A stretch of DNA of 64,000 bases from an uncultured Clostridia bacterium (GTDB lineage Bacteria > Bacillota > Clostridia > TANB77 > CAG-508), in contig OV788638.1 of the NCBI GenBank assembly GCA_928721565.1, positions 68,229 through 132,228 on the forward strand, read 5' to 3'. The notes below the pieces were generated by a model. The model was not told the DNA's origin. It ran no database searches and saw only the letters and a program-made list of their open reading frames with translations. A program made the translations under genes and the position numbers. Below, one piece after another: positions 41,134 to 50,297 of the stretch; within the stretch, counting starts at the first letter, position 1; each line of letters starts with the position of its first letter.

Positions 41134-41230
41134 TGTTCATTAGGGACCGGTTCTCTTTTAACCAATTGTTCATTAGGGACCGGTTCCTAAATGAACTAAT
41201 GTCCAATAAAGAACCGGTCCCTAATGAACC
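41134..41230. repeat. REP-like cluster 9 (3' flank of the RAYT gene): 3 copies (+,+,-). The last two form a REPIN-like doublet.
   Basis: Cores at 41143(+), 41176(+, GGGACCGGTTCC) and 41210(-). GTTCATTAGGGACCGGTTC (41168..) and GAACCGGTCCCTAATGAAC (..41229) are exact reverse complements. Confidence 0.9.
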
Positions 41231-41255
41231 AATAGCCTTAATGCCTAATCACAAA

Positions 41256-42044
41256 TTATTTTGCATCCCAAGCTTTACTGACAATTCTCTTATTTACCCT
41301 TATAACCCTTGCTACTTGGTTTTTACATGATCCCTTTATTTTTTTTATAATTTTGATATCATTTTCAAGGTTTTCTTTTTCTCTTGTCTTAAAAAAATTT
41401 GCAAACTCATTCATGTCACAAATCTTAAATTTTTTCATAATAATTTGAATCAATTCTTCATCTGACAATCTGTTTATAATTTCATATTCGGCATAATCGT
41501 ATAAATTTTCCATTTCTTCAAGTTCTAATCTAGTAGTATATTTTATGAATTCACTTATATCATTATTAAAATAGTGCATTAAAACCTTTTTATTAATTAT
41601 TTTTTCGTTTCCTATGTATTCATTATAACTACTCCACTTATATTTTTCTGTTTTAGCAATTCCTGCTTTTTCTGGATTTCTATGGACATATCTGCAGACT
41701 TCTAAAAAATATCTCTGACTTTCAACACATTTGCTCTTGAATCTATTCTGAACTAAAGGTCCGGACCTATCATATCTAGTATTAAAATAATACACATATC
41801 TAATCATTAAACTTTGAATCATTTTCGATAAAAATTTTATTTCATTTTTTATAACTATATGTACATGATTAGTCATTAAACAGTATGAATAAATTTCTGA
41901 ATTAAATTCTTTTTTGAGTTTTAAAATTTGTTTTAAGAAATAATTTCTATCTTGATCATCATAAAAAATATCTTGATTATCAATTCCTTTTATAATTACA
42001 TGATAAATTTTCGAGTTGCTTTCTCTTCTTTGTCTTCTTGGCAT
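41256..42044 (-). CDS. IS200/IS605-family Y1 (HUH) transposase-like protein, REP-associated tyrosine transposase (RAYT) type, with extra C-terminal domain
   Basis: YHVIIKG...YSYCLMTNHVHIVIK (HUH motif HVH followed by hydrophobics). NRFKSKCVESQRYFLEVCRYVHRNPEKAGI...YKWSSYNEY is the typical COG1943/RayT pattern with the catalytic Tyr in RYVHRNP. 262 aa; the C-terminal ~90 aa may be an HTH (GSCKNQVARVIRVNKRIVSKAW). RBS aaaggagga. Confidence 0.8.
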   Translation of the reverse strand: MPRRQRRESNSKIYHVIIKGIDNQDIFYDDQDRNYFLKQILKLKKEFNSEIYSYCLMTNHVHIVIKNEIKFLSKMIQSLMIRYVYYFNTRYDRSGPLVQNRFKSKCVESQRYFLEVCRYVHRNPEKAGIAKTEKYKWSSYNEYIGNEKIINKKVLMHYFNNDISEFIKYTTRLELEEMENLYDYAEYEIINRLSDEELIQIIMKKFKICDMNEFANFFKTREKENLENDIKIIKKIKGSCKNQVARVIRVNKRIVSKAWDAK

Positions 42045-42088
42045 TTTTCCTCCTTTCTATTTTTTTCAGTAATTATTTTACGTGTATC

Positions 42089-42117
42089 ATTATAACATGT
42101 TTTTTATATTATGTCTA
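42089..42117 (-). promoter_or_regulatory. Putative promoter of the RAYT gene (-35 TAGACA, 17 nt spacer, extended -10 TGTTATAAT)
   Basis: Minus strand reads TAGACA (42112..42117), a 17-nt spacer ending in TGT, then TATAAT (42089..42094). Confidence 0.5.
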
Positions 42118-42149
42118 CATATTCTACTGAAAAATAAATACAAAAGTTC

Positions 42150-42241
42150 TGGCAAGAACCGGTCCCAAGTGAACAACTGCACATTTAAGAACCGGTCCCT
42201 GATGAACAATTGTCCAAAAGAGAACCGGTCCCTAATGATCA
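42150..42241 (-). repeat. REP-like cluster 10 (5' flank of the RAYT gene): 3 copies, inverted orientation, 33-nt period
   Basis: Cores (AGAACCGGTCCC) at 42155, 42188 and 42221. Confidence 0.9.
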
Positions 42242-43078
42242 TTATTTTATAAGTTGTAGCATATCACTATTGCTATTTAATCCTTCAAGATTGTAATAGC
42301 TCTCTGGAATATTTCCAACAATGACATGTTCAGCAATAATAACTTGATTAGTTACTTTCTGAGTATAATTTTTCAATGGTGTTACTATTTTCATGTCACA
42401 GTCAAAATTCACATATACTCTGTGTAATGATTGATTAATTCCTTGTGCAATGAATTCACTTTTTATATCTGTTTCTACATTTCCTGTAATTGATATAGTG
42501 ATTGGTATTTCTGGTCCAAATCCTGAAATAAAGTATATTCCTGATAAATTTCCTAATGTTATTGCTATATCTGTTTTTCCTATATTGTCAAATTCGTGTT
42601 GAATGTTTTCTGTTAAGTCTGAAATTAGATTGTTTATTGGTACAACATTTGCTTTGACTATCATAACATTACCGTTTCCGTCTTTTTCTAGTGTATATAA
42701 TTGGTTATATTGATATTTGTTCATTATTAGTGTTGATTGCTGATTCGTTATAATAGTTGCAACCGATTTCACTTTTTCTTCGCATAGTGTTTTAAATACT
42801 GGTTCAAAGTAGTAGAAAATAAATCTGAAGATTATTATTATTCCAACTAATACTATAATAAGCTTTACTATTTTTCTTTTTTTATGCCTTCCTATAGCAG
42901 ACCTTCCTGAATCATCCCCTCCTGTATTATATCTTCCTGAATCATGCCCTCCTGTATTATGTCTTCCTGTATTATCCCCTCCTGAATAAGAACTGTTATT
43001 ATTTTTTTTTCTATTTTTATATGCCAATATCACAAATCTTCTTCTTGAATATATTTTGCTAATTTTTTCCTCAGCCAT
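42242..43078 (-). CDS. yunB: Sporulation protein YunB
   Basis: N-terminal TM segment, then ...ITLGNLSGIYFISGFGPEIPITISITGNVETDIKSEFIAQGINQSLHRVYVNFDCDMKIVTPL, which matches the conserved YunB core. The N-terminal region has a G/D/T-rich repeat (GGDNTGRHNTGGHDSGRYNTGGDDSGR). Confidence 0.75.
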   Translation of the reverse strand: MAEEKISKIYSRRRFVILAYKNRKKNNNSSYSGGDNTGRHNTGGHDSGRYNTGGDDSGRSAIGRHKKRKIVKLIIVLVGIIIIFRFIFYYFEPVFKTLCEEKVKSVATIITNQQSTLIMNKYQYNQLYTLEKDGNGNVMIVKANVVPINNLISDLTENIQHEFDNIGKTDIAITLGNLSGIYFISGFGPEIPITISITGNVETDIKSEFIAQGINQSLHRVYVNFDCDMKIVTPLKNYTQKVTNQVIIAEHVIVGNIPESYYNLEGLNSNSDMLQLIK

Positions 43079-43161
43079 TAATTGTCTCCTTGATTTCTAC
43101 AATTTGTTATATTCTTTTGCTAGTTTTAATACTTAATTGACTTTCATAATTTATCTTATGA

Positions 43162-44742
43162 TTATACAACTTGCGGAATGACAATTGGTTCTTTTGTTCT
43201 TTTTAATACATATTTAGGAATATATATTTTCTCACCTACGTTTAGTCTGTCAGGTCTTTCCATTCCATTTACTCTAGCAATATCATCAACTGTGCTACCA
43301 AATCTTTTTGCTATTTTCCATAGAGTATCACCGCTTTTGACCACATATATTATTACACTATAGTCTTCATTTTTTTCTTCTTCTTCCATTGATATATCAC
43401 TAATTACAGGTATTGCAGAATTTATATATATATTAGTTGTAAAACATAAGTCAACATTTGCGCTTACTATTCTAGATTGATTTAAAAATTCTTGTGAATT
43501 TACTTCAATATCTGTATCTATTTTGCATTCGTCAGATGTTTCAATATCGCCAATTGTTTGCTCAAATGGTATTGATAATTGTTTTGTATTAATTCCAATA
43601 ACTGAATTATCTGTAAATATCATATTTACTTCAATTTCACCTTCAATTATGATTTTTCCACTCATCTTGCTTTCATTATTTATAACTGGATTTAGCGTCA
43701 CTTCAATAATATTTCCGTTTTCGAGTTCAGGGATATCTATTTTTTCTCTAATCTTGCATATATTTTGACTACATTGTTTTTTTATCATTGTGTTGACCAT
43801 ACTTTTATTAAAATCCATTTTTTCGCCTGGGCAATACATGTCTTGTATCATTTGAATTTCTCTTTCTTCATATGACATACAGTAAATTTCAGTTTCCATC
43901 TCAATATATACTGAATGTTCTTCCATTGCATTTGGCTTTATTATTATGTTTTTTATCATATATGTTGTCTCACAAATATTTTCTTCTTTTATATTTGGCA
44001 TGTCAATAAAGCCTACTAGTGGTAATCTTCCTTGAAAGTTACATATACGTCCATCTTCTGTTAGATATACTAGTTTGACCTCAATTTCTGATTTTGCAAG
44101 AATTTTGTTATAACTTATTTTGATGTCTTTGTCTACTAAATTGATTTGTGCATTTAATATTTCTGCTAAATTATCTGTACTTGGAATTGAAATATTTTCT
44201 TTTACTGATGTTTTTGCCATACCACTTCCAAACAAAGAATTGATTTTCATATTTTTATTTAATACTTGAATATTACTGTCATTTAAATTAGTTATTATAT
44301 CAATTGTTTCTTGTGAATATATTTTTATATAAATTTCTAGTGTTACTTTTATTCCTATTTTTCTTCCATTAATTACATTACATTCCATCAATTTGATTTT
44401 TGGTATAATGTCAACTTCCATCCCATTGACAAGTTCTGGAATGTTTAAATTTTCTGAAAAATCCAAGTTTGTATTTAATCCTCTTATGTTGTCTGTTTTT
44501 GCCACTTCGCTGTCATTATCTGCTAAGTACATTATATATGTTAATATGTTTCCATCTAATTTAATCTTTCCGTCCATAACTTCTTTTTTGTAAATGCATA
44601 CATTTCCACTTGTATTAATAGTATTTAGTATATCAGGTTTTGAATCGGGTACAATCATATCACCCTGTATATTTATTATTTCCTTTTTTTCAGTTACAAC
44701 TTTGCTAATATTTAAAGTTTCTTTTGTTATATTTATTTCCAT
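43162..44742 (-). CDS. DUF3794 (SPOCS)-type repeat protein with C-terminal LysM domain, SipL/SpoVID-like spore-coat morphogenesis candidate
   Basis: C-terminal LysM (YVVKSGDTLWKIAKRFGSTVDDIARVNGMERPDRLNVGEKIYIP). Size 526 aa and the sporulation gene neighbourhood fit. The DUF3794 assignment is from recall of the architecture, not an alignment. Confidence 0.5.
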   Translation of the reverse strand: MEINITKETLNISKVVTEKKEIINIQGDMIVPDSKPDILNTINTSGNVCIYKKEVMDGKIKLDGNILTYIMYLADNDSEVAKTDNIRGLNTNLDFSENLNIPELVNGMEVDIIPKIKLMECNVINGRKIGIKVTLEIYIKIYSQETIDIITNLNDSNIQVLNKNMKINSLFGSGMAKTSVKENISIPSTDNLAEILNAQINLVDKDIKISYNKILAKSEIEVKLVYLTEDGRICNFQGRLPLVGFIDMPNIKEENICETTYMIKNIIIKPNAMEEHSVYIEMETEIYCMSYEEREIQMIQDMYCPGEKMDFNKSMVNTMIKKQCSQNICKIREKIDIPELENGNIIEVTLNPVINNESKMSGKIIIEGEIEVNMIFTDNSVIGINTKQLSIPFEQTIGDIETSDECKIDTDIEVNSQEFLNQSRIVSANVDLCFTTNIYINSAIPVISDISMEEEEKNEDYSVIIYVVKSGDTLWKIAKRFGSTVDDIARVNGMERPDRLNVGEKIYIPKYVLKRTKEPIVIPQVV

Positions 44743-44878
44743 GAAAAAAACCTCCTCTACATTTTTTGTTTATTAATGTATATGAGGTTTCTTCTATATT
44801 TATGCACATTTTATCCCGTTTTTTCTGCTCGCAGAACACTTCAGAACGCTTTTATGTACTATTTTCTGTGCCTACTTT

Positions 44879-45715
44879 TTATGTTTTTATATTGATATCT
44901 CCAACTCCGCCTTCGATATAAATTTTATTTTGGCCCTCACCAGTTGTTGAATTATCAGCAACAGACTCATCATTTATTTTTATGTTTCCAATCCCTTTTT
45001 GAACTTTTATTGAATAATTGTCTTTTTCGCCTTCAAGATTCATCTCTACATCTCCGACTCCGCATTCTATTCTTGATTCTCCGTTCAGATGTCCTGAATA
45101 TATTAATTTTCCAACTCCTGCACTTAATTTGGCTTCAGTTAATTCTGTGTTTTCCAATTTTACCTGACCTGCACCGCACTCAATTGTAGGGTTTTCAGAT
45201 TTTAAATTTTGAATATTAACATTGCCTGCGCCAAAACTGAAGTCTATGTTGGTTGCTTCTATATTGGATATTTCAACATTTCCTGCTCCTATCTCTAAAT
45301 TGATTCTACTTAGTTGGACATTTTCTGGTACATATATTGTAATACTGCTTTCTGATTTTAAATTTTTCTCATTTTTTATTTCTAAAACATCATTTTTACA
45401 CTCTATCTTGGCTGTTTTTGGAATGTTATTGGTTTCCAGTCTATATGAATCTCCTTCAGATTTTATTGTTAAATTTGATGATGATATATTTAAATTTAGA
45501 CCTGACAATTTATCAAAGTCTCGAGTTTCATCAACCAATTCCACATTTTTATTTCCTGTAAATTCTTTTAATATTTCCACCCCTGAAGTTACTCCAACTA
45601 TCACTCCCACAAGAGCTCCAATTATTGATATTGCCAAATATAATCCAAATGCAATTGCTGCATATTTTATTAATTTTTGAAATCCTTTCATTCTATTTAA
45701 CTTCAACTCCTCCAA
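44879..45715 (-). CDS. DUF4097/LiaG-like beta-strand-repeat membrane-anchored protein
   Basis: N-terminal TM. Repeated GAGNVxI / GVGDVxM strands (EIGAGNVEISNIEATNIDFSFGAGNVNIQNL...CGAGQVKL...GVGKLIY...CGVGDVEMNL). Confidence 0.7.
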   Translation of the reverse strand: MEELKLNRMKGFQKLIKYAAIAFGLYLAISIIGALVGVIVGVTSGVEILKEFTGNKNVELVDETRDFDKLSGLNLNISSSNLTIKSEGDSYRLETNNIPKTAKIECKNDVLEIKNEKNLKSESSITIYVPENVQLSRINLEIGAGNVEISNIEATNIDFSFGAGNVNIQNLKSENPTIECGAGQVKLENTELTEAKLSAGVGKLIYSGHLNGESRIECGVGDVEMNLEGEKDNYSIKVQKGIGNIKINDESVADNSTTGEGQNKIYIEGGVGDINIKT

Positions 45716-46337
45716 ATAAGCAAAAAGCTTTAATGTGTATTGTAGGTTGATTTGCTTTATTTTCTACTTTATTTGTCGCACCTCCAAACAATGATGTTGA
45801 TTTTATTTCAACATTGACATTATTTGGGACAAAAATATTTATTCCTCCAAATACTGATGTTGCATCTATATTTGTTTCATCTATTATATCTGCTTTTTTC
45901 AAATTTAAATCAATTCCTCCAAATGTTGCATTCAAACTAGCTCCTTTAAATGTATCGCCTTCAAAGTTTAACTTTTGGCCTGAAAATGTTGCATAATATT
46001 CTTCATTTTCTTTTGCTTTTTCTAATTTGCTATCTTTAAAAATCATTCCAACCCCTATGGCAACCAATACAGCTGGCAATGTCAATTTTCCAACTATTTC
46101 CATATCAAGTATTCCTTGTGCTGATAATAGTAGTGCTACTCCTATTGCTAACCATATATATGCTCCAATGTCTCTTATATTTTTCACTATACTTATTGCA
46201 CTTGGTATTATAATAAATAAACTCCACCATCCATCAAAAAATATGTCTATCTTTATTATTCCTAAAACTTTTAAACCTATTATTAATCCTATTATTATGA
46301 AGACTATTCCCCATATTAAATTTTCTTTTCTTTTCAT
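45693..46337 (-). CDS. LiaF-like cell-wall-stress membrane protein (DUF2154-type C-terminus)
   Basis: Four hydrophobic segments, then ATFGGIDLNLKKA...TSVFGGINIFVPNNVNVEIKSTSLFGGATNK...FCLFGGVEV. Start re-set to MKRKENLIWG (ATG 46335..46337). Overlaps the downstream LiaG-like gene by 23 nt. Confidence 0.7.
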   Translation of the reverse strand: MKRKENLIWGIVFIIIGLIIGLKVLGIIKIDIFFDGWWSLFIIIPSAISIVKNIRDIGAYIWLAIGVALLLSAQGILDMEIVGKLTLPAVLVAIGVGMIFKDSKLEKAKENEEYYATFSGQKLNFEGDTFKGASLNATFGGIDLNLKKADIIDETNIDATSVFGGINIFVPNNVNVEIKSTSLFGGATNKVENKANQPTIHIKAFCLFGGVEVK

Positions 46338-46531
46338 AATTCTTTCCTTTCCTCTTAAGTGTGCATTTGAGAACACTTTTGGGTGCACGGCACAATTAAG
46401 AACACTTTTTTATTGCATTTATTATATTATAATTTTATATATAGTGCAAGCTTACAAAACCAAAATTATCTAAAAGTCAGAACAATCAAGTATGAAGTAA
46501 ATAATTATTTTATTAATTGTCCTCTCATATC

Positions 46532-46569
46532 AAAAAAAGTTCCCTCTTTTCTTTTATAGAAGGAACTTT
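46532..46569 (-). terminator. Possible rho-independent terminator after spoVG
   Basis: aaagttcc (46536..46543) pairs with ggaacttt (46562..46569) with a long, partly paired loop. A T-run follows on the minus strand. Confidence 0.4.
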
Positions 46570-46578
46570 TAAAATTTA

Positions 46579-46851
46579 TTATTCTGCTGATTCTTCTGTT
46601 TCAGGAGCTTCATAAGCTTCTAATATAGCTTTTTGTACCTTTTCTCTTGTTTCAGCATTGATTGGATGAGCTATATCCTTGAATTCTCCGTTTGGAGTTT
46701 TTCTGCTTGGCATAGCGATGAATAATCCATTTTGACTTTCGATAACTTTGATATCATGAATAACAAATTCATTATCGAATGTTACAGAAGCAACAGCTTT
46801 CATTCTGTTCTCTGAATTTACTTTTCTTAAACGTACGTCTGTTATTTGCAT
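46579..46851 (-). CDS. spoVG: Septation/sporulation regulator SpoVG
   Basis: [81 protein letters not shown] is a near-canonical SpoVG sequence. Start set at MQITDV with GGAGG upstream. Confidence 0.9.
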   Translation of the reverse strand: MQITDVRLRKVNSENRMKAVASVTFDNEFVIHDIKVIESQNGLFIAMPSRKTPNGEFKDIAHPINAETREKVQKAILEAYEAPETEESAE

Positions 46852-47095
46852 TGTGTGCACCTCCACTGTTTTAAATTTGTACATATATGTATTGTATCTT
46901 ATGTACTACTATATTATTCGGCACCAATATTTTTTTTCCCTCTTTTTTTTACATTTTTTTATTTTTTTATTGAGTACCCCCTCTACACCCTGATACTATT
47001 ATATTTTTATCTCTAATTTTAATTCCATATTTATTAATAAAAATAAAATTATTTCAAATATTTGTACAATTATATAATATTTTGTAACAAAAAAC

Positions 47096-47124
47096 TTGAA
47101 ATTTACATTATATAAGTATATAAT
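47096..47124 (+). promoter_or_regulatory. Putative sigma-A promoter of murC (-35 TTGAAA, 17 nt spacer, -10 TATAAT)
   Basis: TTGAAA at 47096..47101 and TATAAT at 47119..47124. Confidence 0.5.
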
Positions 47125-47161
47125 AGAAAAACAAAATTGAATTTTCATGGGAGTGTTTATA

Positions 47162-48544
47162 ATGCCAAATATTAAAAATATAAAAAAATATAAAAAAATA
47201 TACATGATTGGAATCGGCGGTGTAAGTATGAGTGGAATTGCTGAAATTCTTATTAATTGGGGATTTACAGTAGCTGGTAGTGATCGTACTGATTCTAATA
47301 TTTTACATACTTTAAAAAATGCAGGAATTCAAATTAATATCGGTCATGAAGCAAAAAATGTTGAAGGTTATGATTGCGTTGTATATACTGCTGCAATTCA
47401 TCCAGATAATCCAGAATTCATTCATGCTAAAGAACTTGGAATTCCTCTTATAGAAAGATCTGATTTCTTAGGTGAACTTACAAGATGTTATCAAAATACA
47501 ATTGCTATTTCTGGTACTCATGGAAAAACTACAACTACTTCTCTTGTTTCTTTATGTTTTATAGAAGCTCAAAAAGATCCAAGTGTTCAGGTCGGAGCTA
47601 TTATCAAAGAACTTGGTGGAAATTATAGAGTTGGAAATAGTGAAAATTTTATTATTGAAGCTTGTGAATATGTTGAAAGTTTCTTAAAATTCAGTCCTAG
47701 GTCTGAAATTATATTAAATATTGATAATGATCATTTAGATTATTACAAAAATATAGAAAATGTAAAAAAAGCTTTTATAAAATATGTAAAGTTATTACCT
47801 GAAAATGGGCATTTGATTATTAATGCTGATGATCCTCATTGCATAGATTTACCAGTATATTCTAAAGCTCCAACTATTAAATATGGTATTGAAAATGAAG
47901 ATGTAGATTTTTCAGCTAAGGATATTATTTTTAATGAAGATGGTTTTCCAGAATTTGATGTTTATAAATTTGGTGATTTCTTTGCTCACTTTAAGCTTTC
48001 AATTCCTGGAAGACACAATGTATTAAATGCTTTAGCTTGTATTGCTTTGTGTGATTCTTATGGAATTGAAAAAGAACATATGCAAATAGCTTTGAAAAAA
48101 TTTACTGGTGCTGATAGACGTTTTGAATTTAAAGGAACCGTAAATGGTGCTAAAGTTTATGATGATTATGGCCATCATCCTACTGAAGTTTCAGCTACTG
48201 CTAAAGCTTTAAGAAATAAAAAATATAATAAGTCTTGGGTTGTATTTCAACCTCATACATATAGTAGAACTTTTAACCTTTTAGATGATTTTGCTCATGC
48301 ACTACTTTCTTTTGATAATATTATTATTACTGATATTTATGCTGCAAGAGAAACTAATACTTATAATATTTCTTCTAAAGATTTAGCTGATGCAGTCATT
48401 AAATTAGGTAAAGATGCAAAATACATTTCTTCTCTTGATGATTGTGCAACTTATTTAAAAGAACATGTAAAAAAAGATGATATCGTTCTTACTTTAGGTG
48501 CTGGCACTGTTACAAATGTTGGACCTATGATTGTTGGTAAATAA
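47162..48544 (+). CDS. murC: UDP-N-acetylmuramate--L-alanine ligase
   Basis: IYMIGIGGVSMSGIAEIL, GTHGKTTTTSL (P-loop) and DDYGHHPTE. Start at MPNIK (GGGAG 8 nt upstream); an alternative ATG lies at 47147. Confidence 0.9.
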   Translation: MPNIKNIKKYKKIYMIGIGGVSMSGIAEILINWGFTVAGSDRTDSNILHTLKNAGIQINIGHEAKNVEGYDCVVYTAAIHPDNPEFIHAKELGIPLIERSDFLGELTRCYQNTIAISGTHGKTTTTSLVSLCFIEAQKDPSVQVGAIIKELGGNYRVGNSENFIIEACEYVESFLKFSPRSEIILNIDNDHLDYYKNIENVKKAFIKYVKLLPENGHLIINADDPHCIDLPVYSKAPTIKYGIENEDVDFSAKDIIFNEDGFPEFDVYKFGDFFAHFKLSIPGRHNVLNALACIALCDSYGIEKEHMQIALKKFTGADRRFEFKGTVNGAKVYDDYGHHPTEVSATAKALRNKKYNKSWVVFQPHTYSRTFNLLDDFAHALLSFDNIIITDIYAARETNTYNISSKDLADAVIKLGKDAKYISSLDDCATYLKEHVKKDDIVLTLGAGTVTNVGPMIVGK

Positions 48545-48563
48545 TTTTTTAAAATAGACTAAA

Positions 48564-48606
48564 AATAGACTACTAGAAATATTTTTTCAAGTAGCCTATT
48601 TTTTGT
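48564..48606 (+). terminator. Possible rho-independent terminator after murC
   Basis: aatagactact (48564..48574) pairs with agtagcctatt (48590..48600) with one mismatch. The loop is long and is followed by TTTTTG. Confidence 0.45.
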
Positions 48607-48654
48607 TGTTTTTTTTTCTATTATGTGGTATATTATATTTGTTTTATATTTTGT

Positions 48655-48730
48655 GCCACTATAGCTCAGTTGGTAGAGCGACGGATTCGTAACCCGTAGG
48701 TCAGCAGTTCGATTCTGCTTAGTGGCTCCA
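48655..48730 (+). tRNA. tRNA-Thr, anticodon CGT
   Basis: Hand-folded cloverleaf: acceptor GCCACTA/TAGTGGC, D-arm GCTCAGTTGGTAGAGC, anticodon loop TTCGTAA, T-arm AGCAGTTCGATTCTGCT, encoded 3' TCCA. 76 nt. Confidence 0.85.
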
Positions 48731-48766
48731 TAAGATAAAATCGTCGCACTAATGTGACGTTAATGA

Positions 48767-49633
<867 letters not shown>

Positions 49634-49656
49634 ATACCGGATTGTCTTTTTCAATA

Positions 49657-50259
49657 TCATTTGCTTTTTTTTGATAACTTTTTTATATAAAGCTTAATTG
49701 AAATAAATATTATCGTAACTATAGTAACCATTATTATTCCTATAATTAATAAGCTATTCCATCCTGAATTCATAACATATTCATTAGGATTATTAGGATT
49801 ATATTTTACAGTTGCAGTTTGTTTAAATCCTGAACGATTACTCAACAAGTTGGGTGAACCTTTATAGGTAACACCATTTACAGTATATTCATATATACCG
49901 TTACACAATTCATCGCCATCATCGTCGTATTGGCAATTTTCATAACTCACGAGTTTTCCTTCTGTTTCTAAATAGTTTTTAGATTTACTGTTATCAGTTA
50001 TATTTGAATATGAACTAACACCAATAAAAGTTAGACCTACAAGAAACCATGGAGCAAGTATAAATATCAAAATTGCACTAGTTATGTGTTTTGCCTTCCT
50101 ACTTCCTAAATCGATGGTTTTGACATTTGTTTGAGAATAATCATTATTTAAAAAATTGTTACTCTGTTCAATGTGATTTAATTCTGTACTACAAGATTCA
50201 CATCTAATATTTGTATTTTTATTTTCATGTCCACAATTAGGGCATTTAATTGTATTCAT
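49657..50259 (-). CDS. Zinc-ribbon plus DUF3592-like membrane protein
   Basis: N-terminal CPNCGHEN...CESCSTEL zinc ribbon, a TM segment, TEGKLVSYENCQYDDDGDELCNGIYEYTVNGVTYKG...TVKYNPNNPNEYV (DUF3592-like beta domain) and a C-terminal TM segment. Confidence 0.6.
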   Translation of the reverse strand: MNTIKCPNCGHENKNTNIRCESCSTELNHIEQSNNFLNNDYSQTNVKTIDLGSRKAKHITSAILIFILAPWFLVGLTFIGVSSYSNITDNSKSKNYLETEGKLVSYENCQYDDDGDELCNGIYEYTVNGVTYKGSPNLLSNRSGFKQTATVKYNPNNPNEYVMNSGWNSLLIIGIIMVTIVTIIFISIKLYIKKLSKKSK

Positions 50260-50297
50260 TAATTACCTCCTTCAATCTAATATTAAGTGAAGGATGA

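Larger units (their letters stand above)
41134..42241 (-). mobile_element. RAYT gene bracketed by inverted REP clusters (REP/RAYT locus)
   Basis: The left flank has + oriented REPs, the right flank has - oriented REPs, and the Y1-transposase-like gene lies between them. It is inserted between hydC and yunB. Confidence 0.7.

Noticed and set aside
35680-41230. TGTTCA...TGAACA inverted arms around the hyd genes as Rex (redox repressor) or other transcription-factor operators
   Set aside because: Rex boxes are TTGTGAA-N4-TTCACAA-like with short spacing. Here the half-sites are ~19 nt apart around an invariant GGGACCGGTTCT core. There are up to 8 tandem copies, and the same element flanks unrelated genes (giant adhesins, dxs, U32 peptidase). 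This fits a dispersed repeat better than a regulon.
46999-47205. 68-aa minus-strand ORF overlapping the murC promoter and start
   Set aside because: It lies in an AT-rich intergenic/promoter region, is a hydrophobic low-complexity translation, has no RBS, and overlaps the murC 5' end.
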